Virus record (IMG/VR): IMGVR_UViG_3300036851_000218
Location: 1 to 64,000 of that record
Length of the DNA stretch: 64,000 nucleotides
Strand: one strand, 5' to 3'
Origin: a virus
In this document: positions 44,767 through 55,864 of the stretch, in pieces
Layout: every line of letters begins with the position of its first letter
Numbering within the stretch: the stretch's first letter is position 1
Program-made: the position numbers and the translations under genes
Notes under the pieces: model-generated
What the model saw: only the letters and a program-made list of their open reading frames with translations
Database searches by the model: none
What the model was told of the DNA's origin: nothing

Positions 44767-47700
44767 TTAACTTCTCCCCGATGTGCGTAAACGTTCACGT
44801 ATTTTAATGTCTCGGTTGCTTTGTTCTTCACGAACTAGGTCACGAACTTGTGCAGCCAGAACTTCGCCTGGAAGATTGTTACCTTGAATGGTTATGTTAA
44901 TATCGCCCTCTTGTATGCTGAATGAATTGCTTCCACTGCCAATTGCTCCATTTGGAACATTTTGTGTGGCTGGAATACCGCCGAAAGTTGGAATACCAGC
45001 GGTTGGTAATGCAGGACGAACCGCACCCCCACCAGGAGATAGTAAGAAAGCGCGTCCATTTTGGAATAGAATTTCTGGTTCGTTCTTTTCCAAAATTTCA
45101 AAGATGCCTGGGAAGACAGGTCCGCCCTCAGCGAGTCCGCCAGCAACACCAGTACCACTGCCGCCTCCTACATCCGATGCGCCGACTGTTGCCAGCTTGC
45201 CCAACACTTCATCCAGTATCACCCTCAAACCTTTTAGTTTGCCGATGACGACTTCCAGACTACGTGCAATCGATGTGCTGCTGTTCATAAAAGCAGTCTG
45301 TAGCAGAACCAGTTGGGCGCTGACTAAAGGATTTATCAACGTTAACGTTGACAGAATTGCACGTAATCCGTCCGGTATCCGACGCAAGCCACCGTTAATG
45401 GTGTTAAGCGAGTTTGTCAGGAAATCGTTTAAGGTTGTCCAGACGGTTTGTATATTAGTAGTTTCAGTTGTGAATGTGCCAGATGTAGTTGTGACAGTCG
45501 TGCTTAATAAATTCAAATTAGTGATGTTGTCATTAATCTTGGTAGCGAATTCATCAAAGGATGTCTTAGCGATTAAAATATTATCATTCAAAGTTTGGAA
45601 GTTTAGAACAAGCGCATCAACGTCCTCTTCGCTTTCAATGCCCACAAAGGTAGGAGCAAGTGGAATTTCAGGGGTGATGGGTTCACTCCCGCCTGCCCCC
45701 GCAATAGCTTCTTCTGCCTTCGTAATAAAGTCATCCTTAGTTTGCGTTGGGTCAGAGAAGATCAAGAACGGGCTGACAGGGACAGTCGGAGTTAGAGGAG
45801 CTTGTTCAGGGCCGAGTATAGCTGCTTCAAGTCCAGAAGTGAAGTCTGCACCACCGCCTTTATTTCCTGGAACGATTTCAACATCGGGGTCAACAATTAA
45901 TGTTTGATCCTGTAGAGCCGCACCCTCATCTACCAATGCTTGATACTTGGCAACAATATCGTTAATTTGCTTGATAGCTGCTTCACGTTGTTCTGCCGAT
46001 AGTTGTCCTTCACCACCAAGCGGCAACAAGTTTAAGATGTTAAGGGCTTCATCACTTGGCAGCGTACCCGCTTGCACTTCGGTGACAATAGCCCCGATGA
46101 TAGCGTTGGCTTGGTCTTGCGTTATAATCCGCTGATCGCCTGGGGCAGCTAACAACGCACCGATTTCAGTAAAGAAACGGTTCTTCAATTCTTGATCGCC
46201 GGACAAAACAATGTTCTTAGCAAAATCGTCAACCGAGCCGGACAGGTCAAGTTGACCTAAGACTTTTCCAAACTCGGTTGTATCAATGAATTGCGTTTCG
46301 TCTACTAAGGACGTTTGTAAAGCCGATAAAATCAAGCCTGCGTTTTTACGAGAGAACCGATCCAAATCATCCTGGGAGATGGTTGAGTCACCGACGGCTG
46401 CACTCAGGTTATCAATACTAAAGGTCTTTGGATCAAATACGGCTGCGGCTTTGAAGAATGGATCATCTTCGGGGTTAGTGCTGCCGATAGTGCGGATACG
46501 TGCGGCTGCATCCGACACTGCAAGTTCGATGTCAGCCCCTAAGATATTCAATTTCAATCCCAAGTCGTTAAATACTTGCGTAAAGAAGGTTGACAGGCTT
46601 TGGCCTACCGCGATAAAGGACGATTTAACTGTGAACACAAGTTGTCCCAGGATTAGTATAAATTCATCTTTGGTTTTACCTGCAATCTCAGTAATGCCGA
46701 AGAACTCAGCAATGGTAAACACTGCGTCTAATACTGTTGACCCAATGAAATCAATGATACTTGAGAATATCCCGCCTAGACTGTCGAAGGTGGCAGTCAA
46801 ATCCAGAGAGATGATCGATCCAATAAGCGAAATGATATTAAAGAATACATCAAACAACTTATCTGCATTGTTAATAGCAGATGCGATTGCCAGTAAGATA
46901 ATTCCAATCGGAACAACTGTACCTGCTAAGAATTTAGCAAAGCTGCCAAGTGCTGTAGCTAATACCGTTACTTTACTAGCCAGCGCACCCGCACCTGCGG
47001 CTGCTGCTCCGCCTCCCACTCCTGCCAACGTACCGATAAAACTGACAACTGTACCAATGCCTGCTAATATAGCTTGACCATTGTACAGAGCTAGTGCAAC
47101 AGCTATCGCTGTGAACACTACTGCAATCTTATCTTTCTTCTCCTGTGGCAGTTCAGCGAAAGATTGTACCGCTTTTATGAACAGAATTACGGGGGAGAAT
47201 ATGATTGTGCCAATTACCGAAATGAACGGTGTGGCAATCTGTATAACTCGATCAATAGTGTCTCGAATGCCTTCAATTACGCCTTTGACACCGTTAATAA
47301 AGTTAATAATTCCATTGCCCACATTCACCAGTAATGTGTCAACACCACCAGCTAGTTTCTCAACAGTGGATCGAACATCGGCTTCGGTTTGTCCAAAGAT
47401 TGTATCGATACCAAACAACCCTAATATGTCAAAAGTGATACCCGTTGCAACAGATAACCCGAAATCTACCAGTTTGCCAGCCGCCGATGCAACATCCAAA
47501 TCAAGCAATGAGTCGATTGCATCCACTAAAATAGCGCCGTTTTCAGCTATGTTTTTAATGGTTAATACAATTGAAGCCAGCCCACCAAATCGTAGCAGGG
47601 AAGATACAACACTGCTTATGCCTGCGGCTACCGCCGGATTGAGTAGAACCAGTGTCCCACCAATACCTGCAATTGCAGCAGCAATAATACCGATCTTATT

Positions 47701-50700
47701 ACTGTCTAGTTCTGATAGCGCCTGAATGAAATCACCAATTCCAGCTAATGGTGCAGTTAAAGTTTCCAGGCCAAGTGAAACCAAGTTGCTAACGAAGTCG
47801 AATATACCTTGCAACACGTCCTGGAAAGTAGCTACGTTTTCTGAGCCTTCTGATAATGTATTACCAGAGAAGATGTCAACAACGGTTTGTATCGCTTCTC
47901 CTATTTTAGAGAAGATCGTACCGATGTTGTCAAAGATGGTCGTTTCATTATCGTTCAGGAAGAAATCGCGGATGTTATCAATCGCTCCCTGGAAGGCGGT
48001 CTTTAATGTCTCCTCCGCGTTGGTTGTATCCAGATTAAGCAGATCACCGATGGTCAAGAAACCATCCATCACTGCATCCGCAAGACCCTGTAGAATGTCA
48101 GTAGCAATACCAGCAAACTTAGCAGCGGGGTTGTCACCTAAGAATTCGCTTATAGCTGTGCCAACACCATTTAAAATTGTTTGGCCTAGAGAAGTAAAGC
48201 TATCAAATCCGAGTAGTCCGGCTATACCATCTAACGCAAAACTCAACAGTCCGCTTATCACTTCGGCAAGCTGTTGGATTATATTGGCGTTAGGGGTTAA
48301 TTTAATATCGAAAACGTTGGCTAGTAAGTCTTGGATGACTTTGCCGATTGTTTCTCCGATGTTTCCCGCTTGATCTAAAGCGCCGGAGAAATCTCCTGCA
48401 AACAATAATCGGAAGAATTCTGCAAATTGAGATACCAAATTACCGACGAAATCAAATATAGACTTGAAATCGATTGATCGGATCAAGTCTCTTAATGGTA
48501 GAATGATGTTGTCGCTTAAGAACTTTAAGCCAGCCGACAATGTGTTCAGAACATTTGTAACAACGTCCAGCAAGTTAAACTCAGCTATGGCTTGCCCCCC
48601 ACCTGGGAATAGGGCTGCGAACAAATCGCCAAACAAACCAACTACGTTACTGACTAAATTGCCAAGCGTTTCAACGAACAGAATGATTGGTTCGACACCT
48701 GATCCGAAAGACTTACGGATTGCAGTAGCTAGATCATCACCTGCCAGTAAATTAAACAGCGTGTCTACTATACCACCGAAGAGGCCAGTGAGTACCCGTT
48801 CGACTTCGCGGAATACGTCACCAATTTCAGTCAAGCCCAGGAAGTCGAACAACGCTGTAGCCAGTTTTCCAGGTGTGAACAGGAAACTGAATAAACTCGT
48901 CAGGAAACTGCTGATGCCTTCACGGTTGTTGAGTATTAAAGTCTTTACGCCTTCAATAGCTCTGCCGATTAAGGAAGCAATTGCTTCACCGATCTTACCA
49001 GCGTCTAATAGTTTTATTTCATTGACCAGATCAACCCCAAACAAACCCTGAATAGTTTGCAGAGCCAATGATCCAATCTTAGAGAAACCAGCCGTCAAGG
49101 ATTGTTGGGCAAAAGCCAGGGCTTGATCGATCCCACCACCGCTTGTTAAGATAGTGAAGAAGCCAGCGGCGGCATTACCGATTTGAGTGAACGCACCTTT
49201 TAACTGATTTAACCCGCTGCGGAGATTCCCAAACAGAACTCTGACGTTATCGCCTGTCGCTTCAAGTCCTGATTTATCTAACAGGAATTTAATCAAGGGG
49301 TTGGCAGCAAAACTGTCTGCGCTCGTTTGACTTAGAATACCGTTCTGGAAGAAGCCAGCGAACAGGCTAATTGCACTGCCCACTCTGTTCAAGTTAGCTG
49401 CAAAAGTTTTAGCAGGGGCGGCTAAGCCATTAAAAATATTACTAAACGTTTGACCAACTGACTCTAAACTGGCATCCCCACCACCAAACACGATACCAAG
49501 TAAATTACTGATAGACGTAGCGACGTTACCAACAGCAGAAAACACTAGCCCCAATGAGTCTTTCAAAGCGGTAAGAGCATCGGATGCTCCACCTACATTA
49601 GTAGAGAATATTTTTATTAAAGATCGGAAACCGGAAGCCAGTGCCGTCAAGATCAACACTAGAGGACCGGCAATCACAGCGAAAGCTGCTAAGCCCCCTA
49701 GAAACGCCAAGAAGCTACCGAGGGCAGTTGCCAATATCGACAAAACTCCGGTAAATGTTAATAGCGGAGTCACAACCCCTAAGATAGCCGCACCGAATGT
49801 TATGAACCCACCTGTTATAACTAACGCCGTTCCAAGTATAGATGCCAAAGCTGCACCGAATGTAGCAGCGGTAGCAGCGGTAGCCAACAGTTCACCGTCA
49901 ATGGTTAATAGGGTATTAACAAACGCCAACATAACATTTGCTAGGGGACGGAAAATCGTATCAATCAGGGGCAGGAATACGTTCTTTAATAGTGTTTCAA
50001 ACGAACCCTTAATCTGGTCAACCGTAGCGCCGAACGTATCTAATAATTGCTGCGCTCGTTCGGCAGCAGTGGGGAAACGTCCAGTCTCATCAATGAAGTT
50101 TTGGATAGCGTCTGTACCTTCACCAATCAGAATGGCAGCACCTTGCTGACCAAATGTTCCAAAGATTGTCTGTATGGCTTCAAAATTTTGTTGCTGTGTA
50201 CGTGTAATTTCTAATGTAATTCGTTCTGCTTCGGATTGGCTTCCTGTAATTTCAGCAATGACAGCAGCGGCGTTGGCTTGAACCTGTGTTAGTTCACCAA
50301 CTTTTGCGTTAGCCTTATCTGTATTGAGTGCGCCAGTTACTAGGCCGTCGTTGTACTGAATAATCTGAGCCGACGCTTTAGCATAGGCTTTAGTGGCTGC
50401 GTCCAGCCGAGTAGATTGTTCGTCGGTCAAATTGCTAGTGCTGATTGTTACTGTTTTAGTTTCAGTAAACGATTTGTTTATATCGTTAATAATATCATTT
50501 AAGCTGCGGAAGTTTCCTTGCTGGTCAACTAGCGAAACACCTAGTTCGTTCAACTTACCTTTGACGGCTTCCGTTGGGCGAGTTAAATTAGACAGCAAAG
50601 AACGTAATTGTGTTCCGGCCTCTGCACCGCGAATTCCACGATCTTCAAATAAACCAAGGACAGCTACCGTCTCTTCCATTGTCAAGCCAAATTGTGTCGC

Positions 50701-52704
50701 CAGAGGACCGACATTGGCTAACCCCGCACCCAGGCTCTCAACTGATGCAGTAGAGTTGTCCGCCGCAGCCGATAAGATGTCTGCTACAACTGCGGTATTA
50801 TCAAAGCTAGAGACCACACCTTCACGAAGTTCCGCAAATGAAGAAACTGCCTGGATAACGATACGACTGATATTTTGAATGTCTCCGCTTTCGCTTAAAG
50901 CCGTCAGATCAGCAATCGGAGACACTGCACCTTGAAGGTCGCCAACACCCAATCCTGCTTTTTGCAAATCAATGATGGCTTTTAAGGCTTCGTTAGCCGA
51001 CAGCGGGTATTTGATACCGATAGCATCTGACAAATCCAGGACGGTCTTTAATTGATCCTCTGACAAATCACCGAACACTTGTGCGCGGTTAGCCAGATCA
51101 TCGAATTCCGTCGCTATAGCGAAACCTTGTGACCCCGTTATTGCATCCAAGCCAAAGCTATTAATCAGGTTCGTCCCGAAACCTGTCAAAGACGATCCAA
51201 TACCTTTAATCTTGGTTACTAAGTTATTCAGAATTTGAGTAACGCGGGTATCGATTGTAACAAAAGTTTGGATGAAACTAGAGGAGAATTTAGCTAACAA
51301 CACCGCCGGATTTAAATCGCCCAGGAATACCCTAGCGATAGTTTTAGCGATTTGTATTTTAAAGAATTCGTCTAGTAGGCTTCTACCGAAATGCGTACCG
51401 ATGCCACCACCAGCTTTACCCGCTTGTTGTTTTAGCGCGTCGAACCCTTGAGAACTAAATATTTGTCCTAAACCTTTAAGTGCATCCGCAGCATTCTTAT
51501 TTACTTTCAAGCCGCTGAGTTCTTTAAAGGCTCGGATAACGTTCCGTAAACTCTCAACCGTTTTATTACTAATCCCGCCGCTAGCTTTTTCATCATCTAT
51601 TTCTGACAGAGATCGGAAGATAGCACCTACGCCTTGAAAGGCTTCGCCCACGCCACCTAAATTAGCACCTCTAATTCCTTTTAGTTGTCGTAGAATATCA
51701 ACTACAAACTTAACTCGATCCGATAAGACTTTCGTTATTGATTTTGATTTTCCAACATTCTTTATATCGATGCCCTTAAATACTGCATCGAACAAAGATG
51801 CTACACCAGAGAACGCAGTACCCAACGCTTTTAGTTTTTCCGTATTACCTGCGAACCGACTAAGAACGTTGAAACCTAAAACCAAACCAGTCAACAGCGC
51901 GGCTAGCTTCTTTGAGTTACCGACATCTATCTTGTCGATATGTCGGAATAGGCCGGACATACCGATACCCAGGCGTTCCAACGTTAGTGACAACTCTCGA
52001 ATAGTGTTGTTACCAGGAAGTCTTTTAGAGATTGCACCAACTAAACCAAGTACCGTTTGTAAGCTGAGTAGGAACGCCCCTAGTTTTGCCGATGATCCGA
52101 GTTTAACTTTACTCAGGCTGTCGAACAACTTTTTAATACCTGCTCCAAGACTACCGATAGCTTTGACAACAGGGGTGACATCTTCAATGGTGCTAAAACG
52201 CGAAAGCTGCGTTAAGCCAGATAATATCTTAGCGAAGTTTGCTTCTTGGACACTGGCAGAACTTAACTTAGAGAATGCTTCCCCTAATTTGGTAAGATTC
52301 TTAATAACTTTACCGACATCTGGCAGCTTACTGCTATCAGACAGAATCGAAAGCGCCTTTGCAATATTATTGAAAGGCTTAATATCAATCGCAGACATTT
52401 TCGCTAGCGCAGCCGATAGCTCAGTGAAGCCTTGGACTGTAGAAGATTTAAAATTAAGCTGCGACAGCTTTTCCAGATTTTCAATTAACTTAGCTATCTG
52501 ATTAATTTTAGCACGGCTAATGACATCCAGCAGCTTGGTTAAATTATCTACACCGTCAAACTTAAATTCAATCTTGGCTGAACGTTTACGAAGTATTTCA
52601 GTTGTGTTTGAAACTTTTGTTAGGCGGGTATCAATCTGCTCGATAACACCGAGGAGTCGTTTAAAGACTTTATCATCAAGCGTTAACTCTGTCTTTTGAG
52701 GCAT
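44767..52704 (-). CDS. tail tape measure protein (TP901-type core)
   Basis: 2645 aa, helical; LANVGPLATQFGLTMEETVAVLGLFEDRGIRGAEAGTQLR. Confidence 0.95.
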   Translation of the reverse strand: MPQKTELTLDDKVFKRLLGVIEQIDTRLTKVSNTTEILRKRSAKIEFKFDGVDNLTKLLDVISRAKINQIAKLIENLEKLSQLNFKSSTVQGFTELSAALAKMSAIDIKPFNNIAKALSILSDSSKLPDVGKVIKNLTKLGEAFSKLSSASVQEANFAKILSGLTQLSRFSTIEDVTPVVKAIGSLGAGIKKLFDSLSKVKLGSSAKLGAFLLSLQTVLGLVGAISKRLPGNNTIRELSLTLERLGIGMSGLFRHIDKIDVGNSKKLAALLTGLVLGFNVLSRFAGNTEKLKALGTAFSGVASLFDAVFKGIDIKNVGKSKSITKVLSDRVKFVVDILRQLKGIRGANLGGVGEAFQGVGAIFRSLSEIDDEKASGGISNKTVESLRNVIRAFKELSGLKVNKNAADALKGLGQIFSSQGFDALKQQAGKAGGGIGTHFGRSLLDEFFKIQIAKTIARVFLGDLNPAVLLAKFSSSFIQTFVTIDTRVTQILNNLVTKIKGIGSSLTGFGTNLINSFGLDAITGSQGFAIATEFDDLANRAQVFGDLSEDQLKTVLDLSDAIGIKYPLSANEALKAIIDLQKAGLGVGDLQGAVSPIADLTALSESGDIQNISRIVIQAVSSFAELREGVVSSFDNTAVVADILSAAADNSTASVESLGAGLANVGPLATQFGLTMEETVAVLGLFEDRGIRGAEAGTQLRSLLSNLTRPTEAVKGKLNELGVSLVDQQGNFRSLNDIINDINKSFTETKTVTISTSNLTDEQSTRLDAATKAYAKASAQIIQYNDGLVTGALNTDKANAKVGELTQVQANAAAVIAEITGSQSEAERITLEITRTQQQNFEAIQTIFGTFGQQGAAILIGEGTDAIQNFIDETGRFPTAAERAQQLLDTFGATVDQIKGSFETLLKNVFLPLIDTIFRPLANVMLAFVNTLLTIDGELLATAATAATFGAALASILGTALVITGGFITFGAAILGVVTPLLTFTGVLSILATALGSFLAFLGGLAAFAVIAGPLVLILTALASGFRSLIKIFSTNVGGASDALTALKDSLGLVFSAVGNVATSISNLLGIVFGGGDASLESVGQTFSNIFNGLAAPAKTFAANLNRVGSAISLFAGFFQNGILSQTSADSFAANPLIKFLLDKSGLEATGDNVRVLFGNLRSGLNQLKGAFTQIGNAAAGFFTILTSGGGIDQALAFAQQSLTAGFSKIGSLALQTIQGLFGVDLVNEIKLLDAGKIGEAIASLIGRAIEGVKTLILNNREGISSFLTSLFSFLFTPGKLATALFDFLGLTEIGDVFREVERVLTGLFGGIVDTLFNLLAGDDLATAIRKSFGSGVEPIILFVETLGNLVSNVVGLFGDLFAALFPGGGQAIAEFNLLDVVTNVLNTLSAGLKFLSDNIILPLRDLIRSIDFKSIFDFVGNLVSQFAEFFRLLFAGDFSGALDQAGNIGETIGKVIQDLLANVFDIKLTPNANIIQQLAEVISGLLSFALDGIAGLLGFDSFTSLGQTILNGVGTAISEFLGDNPAAKFAGIATDILQGLADAVMDGFLTIGDLLNLDTTNAEETLKTAFQGAIDNIRDFFLNDNETTIFDNIGTIFSKIGEAIQTVVDIFSGNTLSEGSENVATFQDVLQGIFDFVSNLVSLGLETLTAPLAGIGDFIQALSELDSNKIGIIAAAIAGIGGTLVLLNPAVAAGISSVVSSLLRFGGLASIVLTIKNIAENGAILVDAIDSLLDLDVASAAGKLVDFGLSVATGITFDILGLFGIDTIFGQTEADVRSTVEKLAGGVDTLLVNVGNGIINFINGVKGVIEGIRDTIDRVIQIATPFISVIGTIIFSPVILFIKAVQSFAELPQEKKDKIAVVFTAIAVALALYNGQAILAGIGTVVSFIGTLAGVGGGAAAAGAGALASKVTVLATALGSFAKFLAGTVVPIGIILLAIASAINNADKLFDVFFNIISLIGSIISLDLTATFDSLGGIFSSIIDFIGSTVLDAVFTIAEFFGITEIAGKTKDEFILILGQLVFTVKSSFIAVGQSLSTFFTQVFNDLGLKLNILGADIELAVSDAAARIRTIGSTNPEDDPFFKAAAVFDPKTFSIDNLSAAVGDSTISQDDLDRFSRKNAGLILSALQTSLVDETQFIDTTEFGKVLGQLDLSGSVDDFAKNIVLSGDQELKNRFFTEIGALLAAPGDQRIITQDQANAIIGAIVTEVQAGTLPSDEALNILNLLPLGGEGQLSAEQREAAIKQINDIVAKYQALVDEGAALQDQTLIVDPDVEIVPGNKGGGADFTSGLEAAILGPEQAPLTPTVPVSPFLIFSDPTQTKDDFITKAEEAIAGAGGSEPITPEIPLAPTFVGIESEEDVDALVLNFQTLNDNILIAKTSFDEFATKINDNITNLNLLSTTVTTTSGTFTTETTNIQTVWTTLNDFLTNSLNTINGGLRRIPDGLRAILSTLTLINPLVSAQLVLLQTAFMNSSTSIARSLEVVIGKLKGLRVILDEVLGKLATVGASDVGGGSGTGVAGGLAEGGPVFPGIFEILEKNEPEILFQNGRAFLLSPGGGAVRPALPTAGIPTFGGIPATQNVPNGAIGSGSNSFSIQEGDINITIQGNNLPGEVLAAQVRDLVREEQSNRDIKIRERLRTSGRS

Positions 52705-53258
52705 TATTGTTGATCCGTTGTTACAATGACAGCAAGACCTTCTTCATTGATTCTCTCTTGGGCGCGGCGGAGTATTTCTTTCGTGAAATTCCTGGGTTCA
52801 ATTCCCCTGCCGATAAAAGGTCTATAAATTACATCTTCGTTAGACCCCGCCATATTAATTTCTGGACTGCCAGGGCGAGTCATAGGGGTATTTCCGTAAT
52901 CAGGTCGTCGGGGAAGATGGATAGGCCATGCTTTCAGTCCGTAATCACTAGCTGCACCGAGAGCATCCATTCCCTCATTCAAAACGTGGAATACCAAATT
53001 GCCACCTTCTCCCTCTTTAGGGACTTGTACGGTGGCTTTATAAACATAGCCGTTGCGAGTTCGTTCAGTTCGCTCTGTCTCAGCCGTGCCTAGAATACCC
53101 GTTATACCTGCACCCGCAGCTTCGTTGAATAATTTTTCGTACTCTTCTTCAACAATCTCCGCAGCACGTTGTACAGCCTCTTCAAAGCTGGCTTGTACGT
53201 AACCCCGCATGAATTCAATTGCACGTTTTCGATCTTTCAGAATATCAATCTTAGCCAC
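52704..53258 (-). CDS. putative tail completion/neck protein
   Basis: Position; VFHVLNEG...GIEPRNF. Confidence 0.5.
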   Translation of the reverse strand: MAKIDILKDRKRAIEFMRGYVQASFEEAVQRAAEIVEEEYEKLFNEAAGAGITGILGTAETERTERTRNGYVYKATVQVPKEGEGGNLVFHVLNEGMDALGAASDYGLKAWPIHLPRRPDYGNTPMTRPGSPEINMAGSNEDVIYRPFIGRGIEPRNFTKEILRRAQERINEEGLAVIVTTDQQ

Positions 53259-53727
53259 TGTGCCGATTCTCCATAGCTTTCACTTTTTGTTTCTGCAAAG
53301 AGTCATGTCGGCCTAGAATTTCTACGATATTCTCAAGATAGCTGTGGGCAATTAGTTTAGCGCGGGTGTGGATTGGCAGGGCTTGAAAAGCATCAAAATC
53401 TTTCCAGTCACCTGCCTTTTTAACAATGGATATGACGTTGTATTCGTCGGGGTATTCTTCTACAATGGACGAACCAAGCAACTCTTCTTTATACCGCTTG
53501 GCTCTATCATCGGTATTACTCAGTAGTTTCGACAGCTTCTCCCACCGGAGTAAGATCGACGCTTTGAATTTTACCCTTCTTCCGCTTAGTGGGTCGGTCT
53601 CCGTCACTGTCGTCAAGGGGGATAACTTTTCCATGTACATCTCCACCAGTTGACTCAGGTGGAAATCCGGTACGCGAATCTTTATCGCCGTCCCCCACTT
53701 CTGACACCAGTTTGGCGAAAGCATCAT
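53251..53727 (-). CDS. tail assembly chaperone T-like ORF
   Basis: Overlaps the upstream chaperone in the +1 frame; alternative own start at 53634. Confidence 0.6.
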   Translation of the reverse strand: MMLSPNWCQKWGTAIKIRVPDFHLSQLVEMYMEKLSPLTTVTETDPLSGRRVKFKASILLRWEKLSKLLSNTDDRAKRYKEELLGSSIVEEYPDEYNVISIVKKAGDWKDFDAFQALPIHTRAKLIAHSYLENIVEILGRHDSLQKQKVKAMENRHSG

Positions 53728-54229
53728 TAATGCGGCTCATCACCTGTTGCTGCAACATAGGGTCAGAGTCTAAGTAATCCATAATCTGTTTTAAACGATA
53801 TTCTGTTTGATTGTTTAGATCATGAACCGGATCAGGGATAATTGTAATACCGCGTGGTACGCGCTGCGGTTCATAGGGGGTTGGTACATTGGTGAATTCA
53901 TTATTCTCCAACAGAGCCAAAATCCAACCATGCTTTTGGGCTTCATATGCCCACTTCTCATAGTACGAAACTGCTTTGCGAATTACTTCGTTACCGTCTT
54001 GTATACGAAACACATTTGCAACCAACAGCGCAATACGATCCGTAACCGGAATGCTGTTGATATTAAAGGGGATATTGCGAGAAGTATGGAGTGCCGACAC
54101 ATACTGGTCAGCAAAGTCGCGGGTATCTTTGTCAAAGAGGATATGTAAGCGAGGAGGGAACATGCCTTCGGGGGCATCTACCCATTCATCAACAATCTTA
54201 GTAACTTCGGGCTTTGTATTTGCAACCAT
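53516..54229 (-). CDS. tail assembly chaperone G-like
   Basis: Between tail tube and tape measure. Confidence 0.6.
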   Translation of the reverse strand: MVANTKPEVTKIVDEWVDAPEGMFPPRLHILFDKDTRDFADQYVSALHTSRNIPFNINSIPVTDRIALLVANVFRIQDGNEVIRKAVSYYEKWAYEAQKHGWILALLENNEFTNVPTPYEPQRVPRGITIIPDPVHDLNNQTEYRLKQIMDYLDSDPMLQQQVMSRINDAFAKLVSEVGDGDKDSRTGFPPESTGGDVHGKVIPLDDSDGDRPTKRKKGKIQSVDLTPVGEAVETTE

Positions 54230-54268
54230 CTTATTTATTAACCTTTAAGTGGAATAATGATTGGTCAT

Positions 54269-54297
54269 ACTATATCACGAAATAAGGATTTTGTCAA
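54269..54297 (-). promoter_or_regulatory. sigma70-type promoter
   Basis: TTGACA-17 nt-TATAGT, TGn. Confidence 0.75.
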
Positions 54298-54305
54298 GAG
54301 GAAAT

Positions 54306-54332
54306 AAAAGAGACACCCGAAGGTGTCCCCCT
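54306..54332 (-). terminator. intrinsic terminator after tail tube gene
   Basis: GGGACACC-TTCG-GGTGTCTC-TTTT. Confidence 0.85.
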
Positions 54333-54355
54333 TATCTAGTTATTATAGATTAATA

Positions 54356-55849
54356 TTAGGCGTTGGGGTAGAACGGTTTACCGAACACCACTTCGCCGTC
54401 ATCAGTCGTAGCCAGGAAGATGTTGAAGTCATCGTCCACATTCATGGTCACGCTGGTGTAGTTGCCCGTAACGGCCTGACCGTTTTCCAGGGTGATAGTG
54501 CTGAATACGAAGTCGGTGAACAAGTCACGTTTGTGCAAACCGTCAACCGTAGCCACGACTGCACGATGTTCATTACCAGCAATACCAACAATCGCTGCCG
54601 ATCCAGGTATCCCTGGTTCAGTCCAGGTAGCTCCACCGTCCAGGCTTTCAGCGTAGTAGCCAGCCGCGCCACCCACAGCAAGGTGGTCTTTGTTGAATAC
54701 GTTTACCGCATTCAGTGCGCCAGGAGCGCCTGGGAGATTGGCACTAATGTCAACCACCTGTACTGCGCTACCGACAAAGCGACCTTTCAGCAACGTACCG
54801 GCTTCGCCAACAACATAGAAGTTGTCGCCTTCGGTGTCCGAAGCAACGGCGGTAAAAGCCGCAGCCGCAGGGAAGGCCGAAGAAGTAACTGTCGTCCACG
54901 ATGTACCATTGTCTTCCGACACATACATTACCGGAGCGCCTGCGGCAGTGCCACCGACGGCGATAATGCTGTTGCCAAAATACTTGATACCGAAAATCGG
55001 AGCAACCACGCCTGCAACAGCAGTGAAGGATGCGCCACGATCCTGGGATACACGCAGCGTACCAGCCGTACCAGTGGCAACGGGGGCATCTGATGTACCA
55101 GCGACAATGACATCATCACGGGTCGCAACCGCATACGCGAAATCGGTAGCAGTGCCACCAATTGTCAACGTGGTTGGTGCAGAACCGAAGCGGTCATCTG
55201 TCAGCAAACCTTCGGGGACAGCCGTGCCGTCGCCACCCGTAACTACGATGTCGAGAGCAATGCCCTCATTACATCCTGGGCAGTCAACAGTCATGAACGC
55301 CGAAGCATACAACTGCTGTACCGGAGTTTCGCCGTTGGTGTAGATAATTTCGTATCCCTGCGCCCATAGGCGCAGTTTTTCGGAAATCGTCAGCACCGAT
55401 GTTGACGAGATGATATTTTCATCATCAATCGTCACCAAGTCCCCTTCTTCAACTGGCTCATCCAACAGGCCATCGGGGAAGATGTCTGCATGGTTGTAGC
55501 GAGTTTCAGCAGGGCATAGATACTTCATGTAGAACGTGCGGCGGCAGTTGCGTTTCAACGCAAGCTGCTGAGCCGGAGTCCACAAAGCACCCGCAGGGAA
55601 GCCGATTGTGTAGGTACGGCTGCGCACTTCGGCAGCACGTTTAACCTTAACAACGGTTTTGATACGTCCGCCGCGCAGTTCAACGCGGGTAACAGTCAGA
55701 GCGTCACTTGAATCGGCGCTTGGGCTTGTTACGGCGTGTCCTAGCAGGGAGACGGGGGTGCTAATAGGGGTGTCACCAGCCATCATGAACAGATAGTCTT
55801 TACTGTCAATACCTTCGGCTGGACCCCAAAATGCGGGAAGATTAGCCAT
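54356..55849 (-). CDS. major tail (tube) protein with C-terminal BNR/Asp-box beta-propeller
   Basis: Position, GGAGG RBS, terminator; SQDRGASF, SEDNGTSW, SLDGGATW. Confidence 0.7.
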   Translation of the reverse strand: MANLPAFWGPAEGIDSKDYLFMMAGDTPISTPVSLLGHAVTSPSADSSDALTVTRVELRGGRIKTVVKVKRAAEVRSRTYTIGFPAGALWTPAQQLALKRNCRRTFYMKYLCPAETRYNHADIFPDGLLDEPVEEGDLVTIDDENIISSTSVLTISEKLRLWAQGYEIIYTNGETPVQQLYASAFMTVDCPGCNEGIALDIVVTGGDGTAVPEGLLTDDRFGSAPTTLTIGGTATDFAYAVATRDDVIVAGTSDAPVATGTAGTLRVSQDRGASFTAVAGVVAPIFGIKYFGNSIIAVGGTAAGAPVMYVSEDNGTSWTTVTSSAFPAAAAFTAVASDTEGDNFYVVGEAGTLLKGRFVGSAVQVVDISANLPGAPGALNAVNVFNKDHLAVGGAAGYYAESLDGGATWTEPGIPGSAAIVGIAGNEHRAVVATVDGLHKRDLFTDFVFSTITLENGQAVTGNYTSVTMNVDDDFNIFLATTDDGEVVFGKPFYPNA

Positions 55850-55864
55850 TTGTTACCTCCACAG

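Noticed and set aside
44888-52501. Long + strand ORFs within the tape measure gene (similar ones over capsid and tail tube)
   Set aside because: Antisense shadows produced by codon bias of the real - strand genes.
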